From a virus (lineage: Duplodnaviria > Caudoviricetes), in IMG/VR virus record IMGVR_UViG_3300037722_000810, positions 1 through 28,966 of that record: a stretch of 28,966 nucleotides of DNA. One strand, 5' to 3'. Shown here in pieces: positions 17,104 through 25,332 of the stretch; positions within the stretch are counted from its first letter, which is position 1, and every line of letters begins with the position of its first letter. The notes under the pieces were generated by a model. The model saw only the letters and a program-made list of their open reading frames with translations. It was not told the origin of the DNA and did no database searches. A program made the position numbers and the translations under genes.

Positions 17104-18547
17104 GCGCGCGCTGTCGGCGGCGGTGCTCGCGGCGATCGCCGCGGGGACGGTGCGGCCTTTTCTCCTGTACGAGGGCGAGTACCTGTCGGGCGGGGCGACG
17201 GCGTACCTGCGGCTGTTCACGGGCGTGGGGACCTTGAGCTGGGACGGGAAGGACTGGGTCGGCGGGCGGGACCTGCTGGCGATCTCGCCGATCCGGGAGT
17301 CGACGTCGCTCGAGGCGATCGGGTTTTCGGTGCGCTTGAGCGGGCTGCCGGCGGACAAGCTGTCGCTGTTTTTGCAGTCGATGAGGAAGAACAAGGCGGG
17401 GAGGTTGTGGCTGGGGTTCGTGGGGCGCGAGGTGGTGGAGAGCGGGACGGCGCAGGCGGGGGCTGCGGATACGCTGACGCTGGCGGCGGGGGCGTCGGCG
17501 GAGGTGAACGCGCACGCGCGCAAGATTCTGAGCCTGACGACCGGGCCGGGGTCGGTGCAGGAACGCGAGGTTGCGAGCTATGACGGTTCGACGAAGGTGG
17601 CGACGGTGAGCCCGGCGTGGGAGAACTATTTGAATGTCCCGATTACACCAGGCGCTGGCGCAACGACGCCGGATAGCGTGGCGAACAGCATCACCGGCGA
17701 CATCGACATCCGCGTGAAGGCTCAGCTCGCTGATTGGACAGTGAGTGTCGCTACGCGCACGCGGTTCGTCTGGAAGCGAGGCGCGACCCCCGCTTACGAC
17801 TTCTATCTCGACGCAAACACCCTCGGCTTCTACATGGGCAACGCCGCTACCGCTACTGTGGTTTTGCCGTTCGAAGACAACTCGACTCATTGGGTAAGAG
17901 CCACGCGCACCGCTGCTGACGGCGTGGTGAAGTTCTACACGTCTGACGATGGCGTTGATTGGACGCAGTTGGGCGCCGACCGAGCGACTCCGGCCGTAGC
18001 CCTGAACGACACGACAGACCAGTTGCGTATTGCCGGCGATGGAACGCTAAATTCGATCAACGGGAAGTTGTTCTACTTGGAGATCCGCGACGGCATCGAC
18101 GGGTCGGTAGCTGCCAAGTTTGATCCAGCGGAAGCGGACGCGGACGCGTCATTTGTGGCTAGCACCGGCGAAACGTGGACCATAGTCGGCGGCGCTAGTT
18201 TGCTTCGCCTCCCCGACGCCACCACCGGGTACGAGGTCATCGACGAAAACGGCGTCATCGCCGACCCCTACCCCCTTCGCCGCGGCCGCTTCGACGTCGC
18301 GCCGATCACGCGCGATCCCGGCTCCGGCACGGTGACGATCGAGGCGCGCTACGAGGGACCGCTCGCCCGGCTCCTCGTGCCGAACGTGCGCCACTACACG
18401 CACGAGGACCAGCAGCTGCGCCTCGCCGGCGACAAGGGATTCGACCAGGTGGAGGCGCTGCAGGACACGCAGGATCTGTGGGGGCCCGAGGTGCCGGTGT
18501 ATCCGGCGACGACGCGCTCGCCGCGGCAGCCGCCCGAGCTCTCCTGA
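17096..18547 (+). CDS. Tail tip hub protein (gpL-position family) with large internal insertion
   Basis: N-part (LRLFTGVGTLSWDGKDWVG...LSG...LWLGF) and C-part (VIADP...GRFD...YTHEDQQ...GDKGF..V..LQD...WG) of a normally much shorter hub family are separated by ~270 aa. Confidence 0.8.
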   Translation: MAERALSAAVLAAIAAGTVRPFLLYEGEYLSGGATAYLRLFTGVGTLSWDGKDWVGGRDLLAISPIRESTSLEAIGFSVRLSGLPADKLSLFLQSMRKNKAGRLWLGFVGREVVESGTAQAGAADTLTLAAGASAEVNAHARKILSLTTGPGSVQEREVASYDGSTKVATVSPAWENYLNVPITPGAGATTPDSVANSITGDIDIRVKAQLADWTVSVATRTRFVWKRGATPAYDFYLDANTLGFYMGNAATATVVLPFEDNSTHWVRATRTAADGVVKFYTSDDGVDWTQLGADRATPAVALNDTTDQLRIAGDGTLNSINGKLFYLEIRDGIDGSVAAKFDPAEADADASFVASTGETWTIVGGASLLRLPDATTGYEVIDENGVIADPYPLRRGRFDVAPITRDPGSGTVTIEARYEGPLARLLVPNVRHYTHEDQQLRLAGDKGFDQVEALQDTQDLWGPEVPVYPATTRSPRQPPELS

Positions 18548-18957
18548 TGCGCGCGCAGGGCTGGGAGGCGCGCCTCGCGCAGGCGCTCGAGGCGGCGCGC
18601 GCGCGGCCGTACCGGCTCGGGGAGAGCGACTGTTTCTGGCTCGCGTGCTCGGCCGTGCAGGCGCTCACCGGCGCGGATCGCTGGCCGGAGTTCGCCGGGA
18701 AGTACCGCACGAAGGGGCAGGCGCGGCGGCTGATCGCGCGCTTCGGCTCGAGCTTCGACGAGGCGTTTTCCTGGTTCTTCGGCGGGGAGCCGCTGCCGGT
18801 GGCGCAGGCGCGCCGCGGCGACGTGCTCAAGTTCGTCGACGACGCCGGCGAGGCGCACCTGGGCATCTGCGTCGGGCCGCACGCGGCGGTGTACGGGCCG
18901 AAGGGGCTGATGTTCGTGCCGCGCAGCGCCTGCGCCTGCGCATGGAGGGTGGGTTAG
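18547..18957 (+). CDS. NlpC/P60-like tail-tip protein (DUF6950-like), 136 aa
   Basis: TGATG start at 18547. GESDC, ARRGDV and HLGIC motifs (Cys/His). Confidence 0.85.
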   Translation: MRAQGWEARLAQALEAARARPYRLGESDCFWLACSAVQALTGADRWPEFAGKYRTKGQARRLIARFGSSFDEAFSWFFGGEPLPVAQARRGDVLKFVDDAGEAHLGICVGPHAAVYGPKGLMFVPRSACACAWRVG

Positions 18958-21825
18958 ATGCCGACTTCCGTGATCTACGCGCTGGGCGCCGGGGTAGTCG
19001 GTGGGTTCTCCGCCGGTGCGTGGGTCGGGTTCGCCTGGGGCGCGTTCGCCGCCGCCCTGGTGGTGGGCATCGCCTCGAAGGCGCTCTTCAAGCCGAAGGG
19101 CGGCCAGGTGCGCTCCGAGGGCCGCATGATCACGGTGCGCCAGCCCGTCGCGCCCTGGGAGGTGGTGGTGGGCCGGCCGCGGAAGGCCGGGGTGCTGACG
19201 TTTCGCACGATCAGCGCGGACCGGCGCTACTGGCACATGGTGATCACGATCGCCTGCCACCCCTGCGAGGCGGTGGACGAGATCTTCGCCGACGGCGTGC
19301 GCGTGACGCTGAACAGCGCCGGGTTCGCGCAGGGCAAGTACGCGAAGACCGGCGCCTCGGATCTCAACGAGCACAACGCCACGGTGCCGGGCTCGCCGTA
19401 CCAGGTGACGGCGCCGACCACGGTCACCGGGGTGCACTCGGTGTACATCGAGGCCTACGGGAACGGCTTTCAGTACACGATGAAGCAGGTGGCGGGCACG
19501 CCGGCGTCGTTCTGGGAGTACTCGCGCTCGGGGAGCGTGTTTACCTTCCACTCGAGCGCCGCGGGCAAGGTGGTGAGCATCGGCACCTTCGACACCACCG
19601 ACGACTCCTGGGTGCGGGTGAAGCTCTCGCTCGGCGACGAGGCGTCCAGCGTGCAGCCGTTCCCCGACCTGGTGTCCGAGTCGAACGGCGCCTGGACGCA
19701 GGATCACAAGCAGTACCGGCACTGCAAGGCGTACATCCGGCTGGAAGCGAAGCCGGAAGTGTTCCCGAACGGGGTGCCGAACTTCACCTTCACGCTGCGT
19801 GGCGCGAACGACGTGTACGACCCGCGCACGGCCACCTCGGGCTACAGCGAGAACGCGGCGCTCGTCGTCAACTGGTATCTCTCCAACGCGGAATTCGGGC
19901 CCGGGTACGACTACGCCGAGGAGATCCATGAGACGGACCTCATCGCCGCGGCGAACGACTGCGACGACGCGATCACGCTGCTCACCGGCGGCACCGAGCC
20001 GCGCTACGCGGCGAACGGGACGTTTCTCACGAGCGAGACGCCCAAATCGGTGCTCGAGCAGATGCTCGCGGCCTGCGCCGGCACGCTCGTTGACCTGGGG
20101 GACGCCTGGCGCATCAACGTCGGCGTGTACCAGGCGCCCACGGTGACGCTCGACGAGGACGACGTCGCCGGGCCCTCGGTGATCAACCCGCATGCGCCGG
20201 CGCGCGATGTGGCGAACGGCGTGAAGGGCATCTTCACCAGCCCGCAGAAGCACTGGCAGCCGACGGACTTTCCCGCGCAGTCTGGGGCGGCCTACCTCGC
20301 CGAGGACGGCAACGTGCGGCACTGGAAGACGCTCGATCTCACCGGGTTCGTGACGAGCGTGAACCAGGCGCAGCGCCTGGCGAAGATCGACCTCCTGCGC
20401 ATGCGCCAGGCGCTCACCGAGGAGGCGAGCTTCAAGCTGCCGGCCTGGGGCGCGGTGCCGGGCAAGAGCGTCATGCGCACCGACACGCAGCTCGGCTGGG
20501 CGGCGAAGGCCTTCGAGGTGCTGGACTCCGAGCTCGCCATCGTGGAGGGCGAGGGCGGCCCGGTGCTCGCGGTGAAGCAGCAGCTGCGCGAGACGGCCGC
20601 CGCGATCTACGACTGGGACACGAGCGACGAGACGGCCGAGGACCTGGCGCCGAACACGAACCTGCCCGAGGCCGGCGTGGTGCCCGTGCCTGGCGCACCG
20701 ATGATCGTCGAGGAACTCGTCGAGACCCGCGAAGGGCGCGGCGTGGCGGTGCTGGTGACGATGAGCTGGACGGCGTCCACCTATCCCTTCGGCACGAACT
20801 ATCGTCCGGAGTACAAGCTGGCGGCTGATTCGGCATGGACCGTCCTGCCGCTGACGCGCGCGACGAGCGTGGAGTTGCTCGATTTTACCGCCGGGAGATA
20901 CGACTTCCGGGTCCAGGCGCTGGCGGTGAACCTGGGGGCGGCATCGGCATATTCGACGAGCAGCGACGTGGAGATCAACGGCCTCGCCGCCGCGCCGTCG
21001 GATGTGGCCGGTTTCTTCGTCACCGTGCACGAGGGGCGGGCGCGGTGCCACCTCGATCTGACGCAGGATCTCGACGTGAAGATAGGCGGGCGGGTGTGGA
21101 TCCGGTGGTCGCCAGTAACAGTCGGGGCGACCTGGAATGACGGCTCTCTGATCAAGGAAGACGGCTATCCCGGCAATTCGATCGTGTGCGAGGGCCCGTT
21201 GTACGGGGGCACCTACATGGCGAAGTTCCAGGATTCGACCGGCAACTTTTCGACCAGCGAAGTCAGCTTTGTCGTCACCGAGGCGCTGCTGACCGGCTTC
21301 ACCACGCTCGACACTGTCACGTTCGATCCGGACTTCGACGGCACGAAGGTGAGCGTCGCGGCGGTGGATGGTTTTCTGCAGCTCGCCGGGACGACGCTGT
21401 GGGACAGCATGGTCGGCAACCTCGACGACCAGGACAAGATCGACTCGCTCGGCGGGATCGCCACGAGCGGCAGTTGCACATTCGATGAAGTGCTGGATCT
21501 CGGGACCGTGCAGACGGTCCGGCTCTTTCCGAGCTTTCGCACGCTGGGCTTCGACACCGCTGACCTGTGGGATTCGCGCACGGATCTGATGGACAGCTGG
21601 GGCCTGATCGACGGCAGCGTGATCGAGGACGCCGAGATCACCCCGCAGGTGCGAACGACGGACGACGATCCGGCTGGCGCGCCGAGCTGGGGTCCCTGGC
21701 ACGACCTCGAGGTGGCGGACTACACGGCGCGCGCGTTCGAGTTCCGCACGCTGCACACGAGCGGCAACGTCACGCATAACCGGCGGCTCGAGCAGTTCGC
21801 GGTCGCCGCCAAACAGTTCACGTAA
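18958..21825 (+). CDS. Central tail tip / host-specificity protein (gpJ-like)
   Basis: Hydrophobic Gly/Ala N-terminus. FPNGVPNF, YDPRT, AANDCD, AQRLAKI..L and LRETAAAIYDW motifs. FN3-like segment (YDFRVQA). Confidence 0.9.
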   Translation: MPTSVIYALGAGVVGGFSAGAWVGFAWGAFAAALVVGIASKALFKPKGGQVRSEGRMITVRQPVAPWEVVVGRPRKAGVLTFRTISADRRYWHMVITIACHPCEAVDEIFADGVRVTLNSAGFAQGKYAKTGASDLNEHNATVPGSPYQVTAPTTVTGVHSVYIEAYGNGFQYTMKQVAGTPASFWEYSRSGSVFTFHSSAAGKVVSIGTFDTTDDSWVRVKLSLGDEASSVQPFPDLVSESNGAWTQDHKQYRHCKAYIRLEAKPEVFPNGVPNFTFTLRGANDVYDPRTATSGYSENAALVVNWYLSNAEFGPGYDYAEEIHETDLIAAANDCDDAITLLTGGTEPRYAANGTFLTSETPKSVLEQMLAACAGTLVDLGDAWRINVGVYQAPTVTLDEDDVAGPSVINPHAPARDVANGVKGIFTSPQKHWQPTDFPAQSGAAYLAEDGNVRHWKTLDLTGFVTSVNQAQRLAKIDLLRMRQALTEEASFKLPAWGAVPGKSVMRTDTQLGWAAKAFEVLDSELAIVEGEGGPVLAVKQQLRETAAAIYDWDTSDETAEDLAPNTNLPEAGVVPVPGAPMIVEELVETREGRGVAVLVTMSWTASTYPFGTNYRPEYKLAADSAWTVLPLTRATSVELLDFTAGRYDFRVQALAVNLGAASAYSTSSDVEINGLAAAPSDVAGFFVTVHEGRARCHLDLTQDLDVKIGGRVWIRWSPVTVGATWNDGSLIKEDGYPGNSIVCEGPLYGGTYMAKFQDSTGNFSTSEVSFVVTEALLTGFTTLDTVTFDPDFDGTKVSVAAVDGFLQLAGTTLWDSMVGNLDDQDKIDSLGGIATSGSCTFDEVLDLGTVQTVRLFPSFRTLGFDTADLWDSRTDLMDSWGLIDGSVIEDAEITPQVRTTDDDPAGAPSWGPWHDLEVADYTARAFEFRTLHTSGNVTHNRRLEQFAVAAKQFT

Positions 21826-21836
21826 GGAGATCTTCC

Positions 21837-22250
21837 ATGGGAAGCCCTGACGGGGCGGCCGAGCCGGCCGCGCCCGAACCTCTTATCGCCCTGGTCGCGG
21901 TGCTGGATCACGACGGCGTGTACTGGCCGCCGCTCGAGCCACGCGAGCCAGACGCCGTCAATGCCGGCGAGCTGGTCTTCGGTCGGCCTGAATTGAAGGC
22001 TGCGATTCCGGAAGGCGCGGTCTACGTCGATTCAGGCTGTGATCTGCCGGGCGGCCAGTACAAATGGAACGCGCAGATGCGCTCGTTCGATCCGTTGCCG
22101 CGCGAGCAGCGCAAGGCAGCGCCCAAGGCGCCGACCCTGGAGCAGGCGTTCTACGACTTCGTGACGGACGGTGGACAGGAGAGGCCGTTGCAGCCGCGCG
22201 TGGCCGCCTGGGTGGACTGGTTTGTGAAGACGCTCGATGAAAAAAGGTAA
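21837..22250 (+). CDS. Hypothetical tail-associated protein (137 aa)
   Basis: TAAGGAG RBS. Fills the gap between gpJ-like and fibre genes. Confidence 0.7.
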   Translation: MGSPDGAAEPAAPEPLIALVAVLDHDGVYWPPLEPREPDAVNAGELVFGRPELKAAIPEGAVYVDSGCDLPGGQYKWNAQMRSFDPLPREQRKAAPKAPTLEQAFYDFVTDGGQERPLQPRVAAWVDWFVKTLDEKR

Positions 22251-22256
22251 GCGGAC

Positions 22257-23324
22257 ATGAGCCAGCACGATCAGAACATCGCGAACGATACGGGCGGCGC
22301 CGTTCGGGGCGATCTCAACAATGCGCTTGCCGCATTGTTCGGCGTGTCGTCCGGGGCCACGGCGCCGGCGACGACGATCGCCTATCAATTCTGGGCCGAC
22401 ACGACGAGCGGGCTGCTGAAGCAGCGCAATGCCGCAAATACGAGCTGGCTGGTGCGAGGCACGCTCGCGGAGACGATCGCCATTTCGAGGTCCTCGGACA
22501 CGATCCTCGCCGCCGGTGATTACAAGAAGTTCTTTCAGGCTACGGCGAGTTTCACGCAGACGTTGACGGCGGCGGCAACGCTAGGCGATGGATGGTATGT
22601 GTTCTACCGCGTTCAAAGCGGCGCGACAGTCACGATCGATCCGAACAGCACCGAGCAGATCGACGGCGCGACCACCAAAGTGTTGGTCGGGCCCACTGCG
22701 GGGGTCATTTTCTGCGACGGTGCCGCATTCAGGAGTTATGGGTACGACACGGCGCTTGCGACGACGACGACGACCGGCGTTGTGGAGCTCGCGACGCAGG
22801 CCGAGATGGACGCCGGCACGGCGAGCAAGGTGCCGACCACGGACCTGAACAAGATCGCGCTCGGCACGCCGATTGCGACGACTTCCGGAACCGCGCACGA
22901 CTTCACCGGAATTCCCGCTGGGACGAGGCGAATTACGATCATGCTCAAAGGTGTTTCTCTTAGCGGGGCTGAAAATTATTTGATCCAGGTGGGAGATGCG
23001 GGAGGAATAGAGACAAGTGGCTATCTGGGAGCGTCTGCGCGCTTGAACAATGGTGGCAATGCAGTGAGCAACTACACCGCTGGTTTCGGTATCAATGTAG
23101 CGGCAGGGTCTAATGTAATCCACGGTTCAATCATCTTGTCTCTTGAAGATGCAGCAAGCTTCACTTGGACAGCTTCGGGAATTGTGGGTTACTCTGATGG
23201 GGCCGAAACCGTCATCACGGCGGGTTCAAAGTCTCTGAGCGCAGAACTTACGCAACTTCGCTTAACACAGACTGGCGTTAATACTTTCGACGCTGGCTCG
23301 GTGAACATCAGCTATGAGAGATGA
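22257..23324 (+). CDS. Tail fibre / receptor-binding protein
   Basis: N-terminal anchor MSQHDQNIAN...VRGDLNNAL...WADTT, GVVELATQAE fibre motif, and a low-GC C-terminal domain. Confidence 0.85.
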   Translation: MSQHDQNIANDTGGAVRGDLNNALAALFGVSSGATAPATTIAYQFWADTTSGLLKQRNAANTSWLVRGTLAETIAISRSSDTILAAGDYKKFFQATASFTQTLTAAATLGDGWYVFYRVQSGATVTIDPNSTEQIDGATTKVLVGPTAGVIFCDGAAFRSYGYDTALATTTTTGVVELATQAEMDAGTASKVPTTDLNKIALGTPIATTSGTAHDFTGIPAGTRRITIMLKGVSLSGAENYLIQVGDAGGIETSGYLGASARLNNGGNAVSNYTAGFGINVAAGSNVIHGSIILSLEDAASFTWTASGIVGYSDGAETVITAGSKSLSAELTQLRLTQTGVNTFDAGSVNISYER

Positions 23325-23351
23325 GCTGCGCTTGCGGGGTGGATATTGAAT

Positions 23352-23933
23352 TCAGAGTTTACGCACGGTCCACACGTATTCCCCCGCATCGGTCACCGGC
23401 CAACCGAGGCGGTCGAACACCTTGTGGACGGCCTTCGTCAGGCCGGGGAAGTTGACATGCTTGTAGTCGTGCCCCGTGATCAATCCGCCCGAGCGGACGT
23501 GCGGCATCCAAGCGTTGATGTCCTGCAGCACGCCTTCATAGGTGTGCTCGGCGTCGATGAACACGAAGTCGACCGGCTGCGTCCAGGCGGCCGCGACGTT
23601 GGCCGAGGTATCGCGGATTAAGCAGGCTCGGCCCTGGTATCGATCGAGCTTGTCGAGGACGTAGCGGTACATGCGATCGAAGACTGGCTGCGGCACGTTC
23701 ATCGGATCATCGTAGCCGCGGCGGTACTGGTAGGGGTCCACCAGGTAGAGCTTGTCAAGCTGTGGCAGCTTCGACAACAGGTTCTCCGCGTTACCGGCGA
23801 AGGCCACGCCGACCTCGACGCCGATGCGTGGGTTATGGTCGCCAAGCAGGCGCGCGAGCGTGTCGTGCGACTTGCCCCACCCGCGCTTGGCGTCTTCGTC
23901 TCGCACCTGCATATCGAGATCGATTGCGAACAT
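23352..23933 (-). CDS. Class I SAM-dependent methyltransferase (Methyltransf_24-like), antisense moron
   Basis: GVEVGV motif I, LYLVDPY, DFVFIDAEHTYE and GGLITGHDY. Strong SD AAGGAGGAG before ATG. Confidence 0.9.
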   Translation of the reverse strand: MFAIDLDMQVRDEDAKRGWGKSHDTLARLLGDHNPRIGVEVGVAFAGNAENLLSKLPQLDKLYLVDPYQYRRGYDDPMNVPQPVFDRMYRYVLDKLDRYQGRACLIRDTSANVAAAWTQPVDFVFIDAEHTYEGVLQDINAWMPHVRSGGLITGHDYKHVNFPGLTKAVHKVFDRLGWPVTDAGEYVWTVRKL

Positions 23934-23963
23934 GATCTCCTCCTTGGAATCTCTACGCGCAGG

Positions 23964-23992
23964 AGCGTAGCAGATAAGGAAAACTCAATGAA
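23964..23992 (-). promoter_or_regulatory. Candidate sigma70 promoter for the methyltransferase moron
   Basis: On -: TTCATT, 17-nt spacer, TACGCT with an extended TGn motif. About 30 nt upstream of the ATG. Confidence 0.45.
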
Positions 23993-24506
23993 ACCCTCCC
24001 ACCGCATGCTCACCGGCGAGATCGGCTGGGCGTTCGTCGCGCTGTCCTTCGCCTGGTCCGGGATGGGCGGCTGGCCGCTCGAGCCGAGTTACCTGAACCG
24101 CGCGCTCGAGCGCACCGGGGCGACGATGCTGTGGGCGGTCGCGATCGGGATCCCGGCGCTCGTGCTGCTCGTGGTCAGCATGCGCGAGCACTGGGCGATC
24201 GCGCATCCGCCGGCGGATCCGGCGAAGCGCTGGTCGATCGTCGAGATCGAGCGCTCGGTGCGGATCCGGGCGTGGGTGTGTCTCGCGATGTCGGTGTCCT
24301 GGGCCTACATGTTCAAGGTGATGCTGCAGCTCTCGGCGCTGCGGGAGACGATGAACGGGGTGTTCGAGGGGGTACGCGCGAACGCGATCATGCCGATCGC
24401 GTTCTTCGGGTGCCTGTGCATGTTCTGGTCGTGGCTCGAAAACCGGAGGGTCCAGCGCGATGTCCGCAACAAGACGGGTGTGTTCCCCGCGTATCCGGCT
24501 CGTTAG
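23988..24506 (+). CDS. Multi-pass membrane protein (172 aa, ~4 TM), holin/antiholin candidate
   Basis: TAAGGA RBS and ATG 23988 (MKPSHRM...). Four hydrophobic segments and a basic C-terminus. First gene of the lysis cassette. Confidence 0.65.
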   Translation: MKPSHRMLTGEIGWAFVALSFAWSGMGGWPLEPSYLNRALERTGATMLWAVAIGIPALVLLVVSMREHWAIAHPPADPAKRWSIVEIERSVRIRAWVCLAMSVSWAYMFKVMLQLSALRETMNGVFEGVRANAIMPIAFFGCLCMFWSWLENRRVQRDVRNKTGVFPAYPAR

Positions 24507-24939
24507 GACCGTGCTGCTCGCGGTCACGCCGCCGCTCGCGATCGCCGCGGAGCAGACGATGGCGGCCGCGCGCGCGGCCTCGCCGCTCGAGGCGATCTCG
24601 CTCCTCACCTGGTCCTTCATCGTGGTCTTCACGCTGATCGGCTGGGCGGTGGCCGACGTGGACCGGATCGCGGAGCTGTGGAACGTGGGCGACGGCACCA
24701 AGTACCAGCAGGTCCTCGCGCGCCTGAAACTCCTGAAGACGATCCTCGGGTCGCTCGCCGCCGGCGTCTTCACGTATTTTCTCGGCAAGATCGCGCCCGC
24801 GTTCCTCATCGGCGCGATGGGCCTGAAGTTCGAGAGCGGCCAGCCGCCCGAGCTGCACGAGTTCCTGCTGCTGATGCTGTGCGCCGGCGCCGGCTGGCTC
24901 GGGTCGCGCTGGTTCGAGCGCGTGTTCGGCGCGAGGTAG
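24460..24939 (+). CDS. Membrane protein, holin candidate (signal-like N-terminus plus ~3 TM)
   Basis: GGAGG RBS, hydrophobic segments, AGAGWLGSRWFER C-terminus. Upstream of the endolysin. Confidence 0.65.
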   Translation: MSATRRVCSPRIRLVRTVLLAVTPPLAIAAEQTMAAARAASPLEAISLLTWSFIVVFTLIGWAVADVDRIAELWNVGDGTKYQQVLARLKLLKTILGSLAAGVFTYFLGKIAPAFLIGAMGLKFESGQPPELHEFLLLMLCAGAGWLGSRWFERVFGAR

Positions 24940-24942
24940 GCC

Positions 24943-25332
24943 ATGTGGAGGCCGGATCTCGACGACCTGGTGCCGCCGGCCAGGTGGCCGGAGCTCACCC
25001 TGCGCCAGTACATCGTGATCGGGATCCTGATGATCGCGCTCTCGGTGGTCGCGGCCGGCGCGTGGGCGCAGGGGCTGGGGTTCAGCGACGCGGAGTGCAA
25101 GGCGCTCGGGCACTTCGCCCGCACCTCGGCCGAGATCCGCGACCTCGAGGCGAAGCTCGAAAAGCACGTCGCCCTGGTGCGCCGGCGCGTGGCCGAGGAC
25201 GGGATGCGGCTCTCGCCGCTCCTCGAGCGCGAGCTGCGCCGCGTCTACGCCGAAGGGCTCGAGCCGGACAGGGCCGAGATCTCGGCGCACACGCGCTGCA
25301 TGACGGGCGAGATTTTGCGGAGGGAGGGGTGA
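24943..25332 (+). CDS. Hypothetical exported/membrane-anchored protein (129 aa)
   Basis: GAGGT RBS. One hydrophobic helix ending in AWA|Q, then a helical domain with two Cys. Confidence 0.65.
   Translation: MWRPDLDDLVPPARWPELTLRQYIVIGILMIALSVVAAGAWAQGLGFSDAECKALGHFARTSAEIRDLEAKLEKHVALVRRRVAEDGMRLSPLLERELRRVYAEGLEPDRAEISAHTRCMTGEILRREG

Noticed and set aside
629-21777. Very long antisense ORFs (629..2869, 2969..4978, 7729..9570, 14249..16423, 18394..21777)
   Set aside because: They mirror well-supported + strand genes, are Arg/His/Leu-rich shadows typical of high-GC coding DNA, and show no recognisable motifs.
17096-23324. Diversity-generating retroelement or invertible tail-fibre cassette
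   Set aside because: No reverse transcriptase or invertase in the window, and no TR/VR-like near-duplicate or inverted crossover sites noticed.
23352-23933. DNA methyltransferase / anti-restriction gene
   Set aside because: Lacks DPPY/NPPY or PC catalytic motifs. The FIDAEH and HDY pattern fits small-molecule or glycan methyltransferases.
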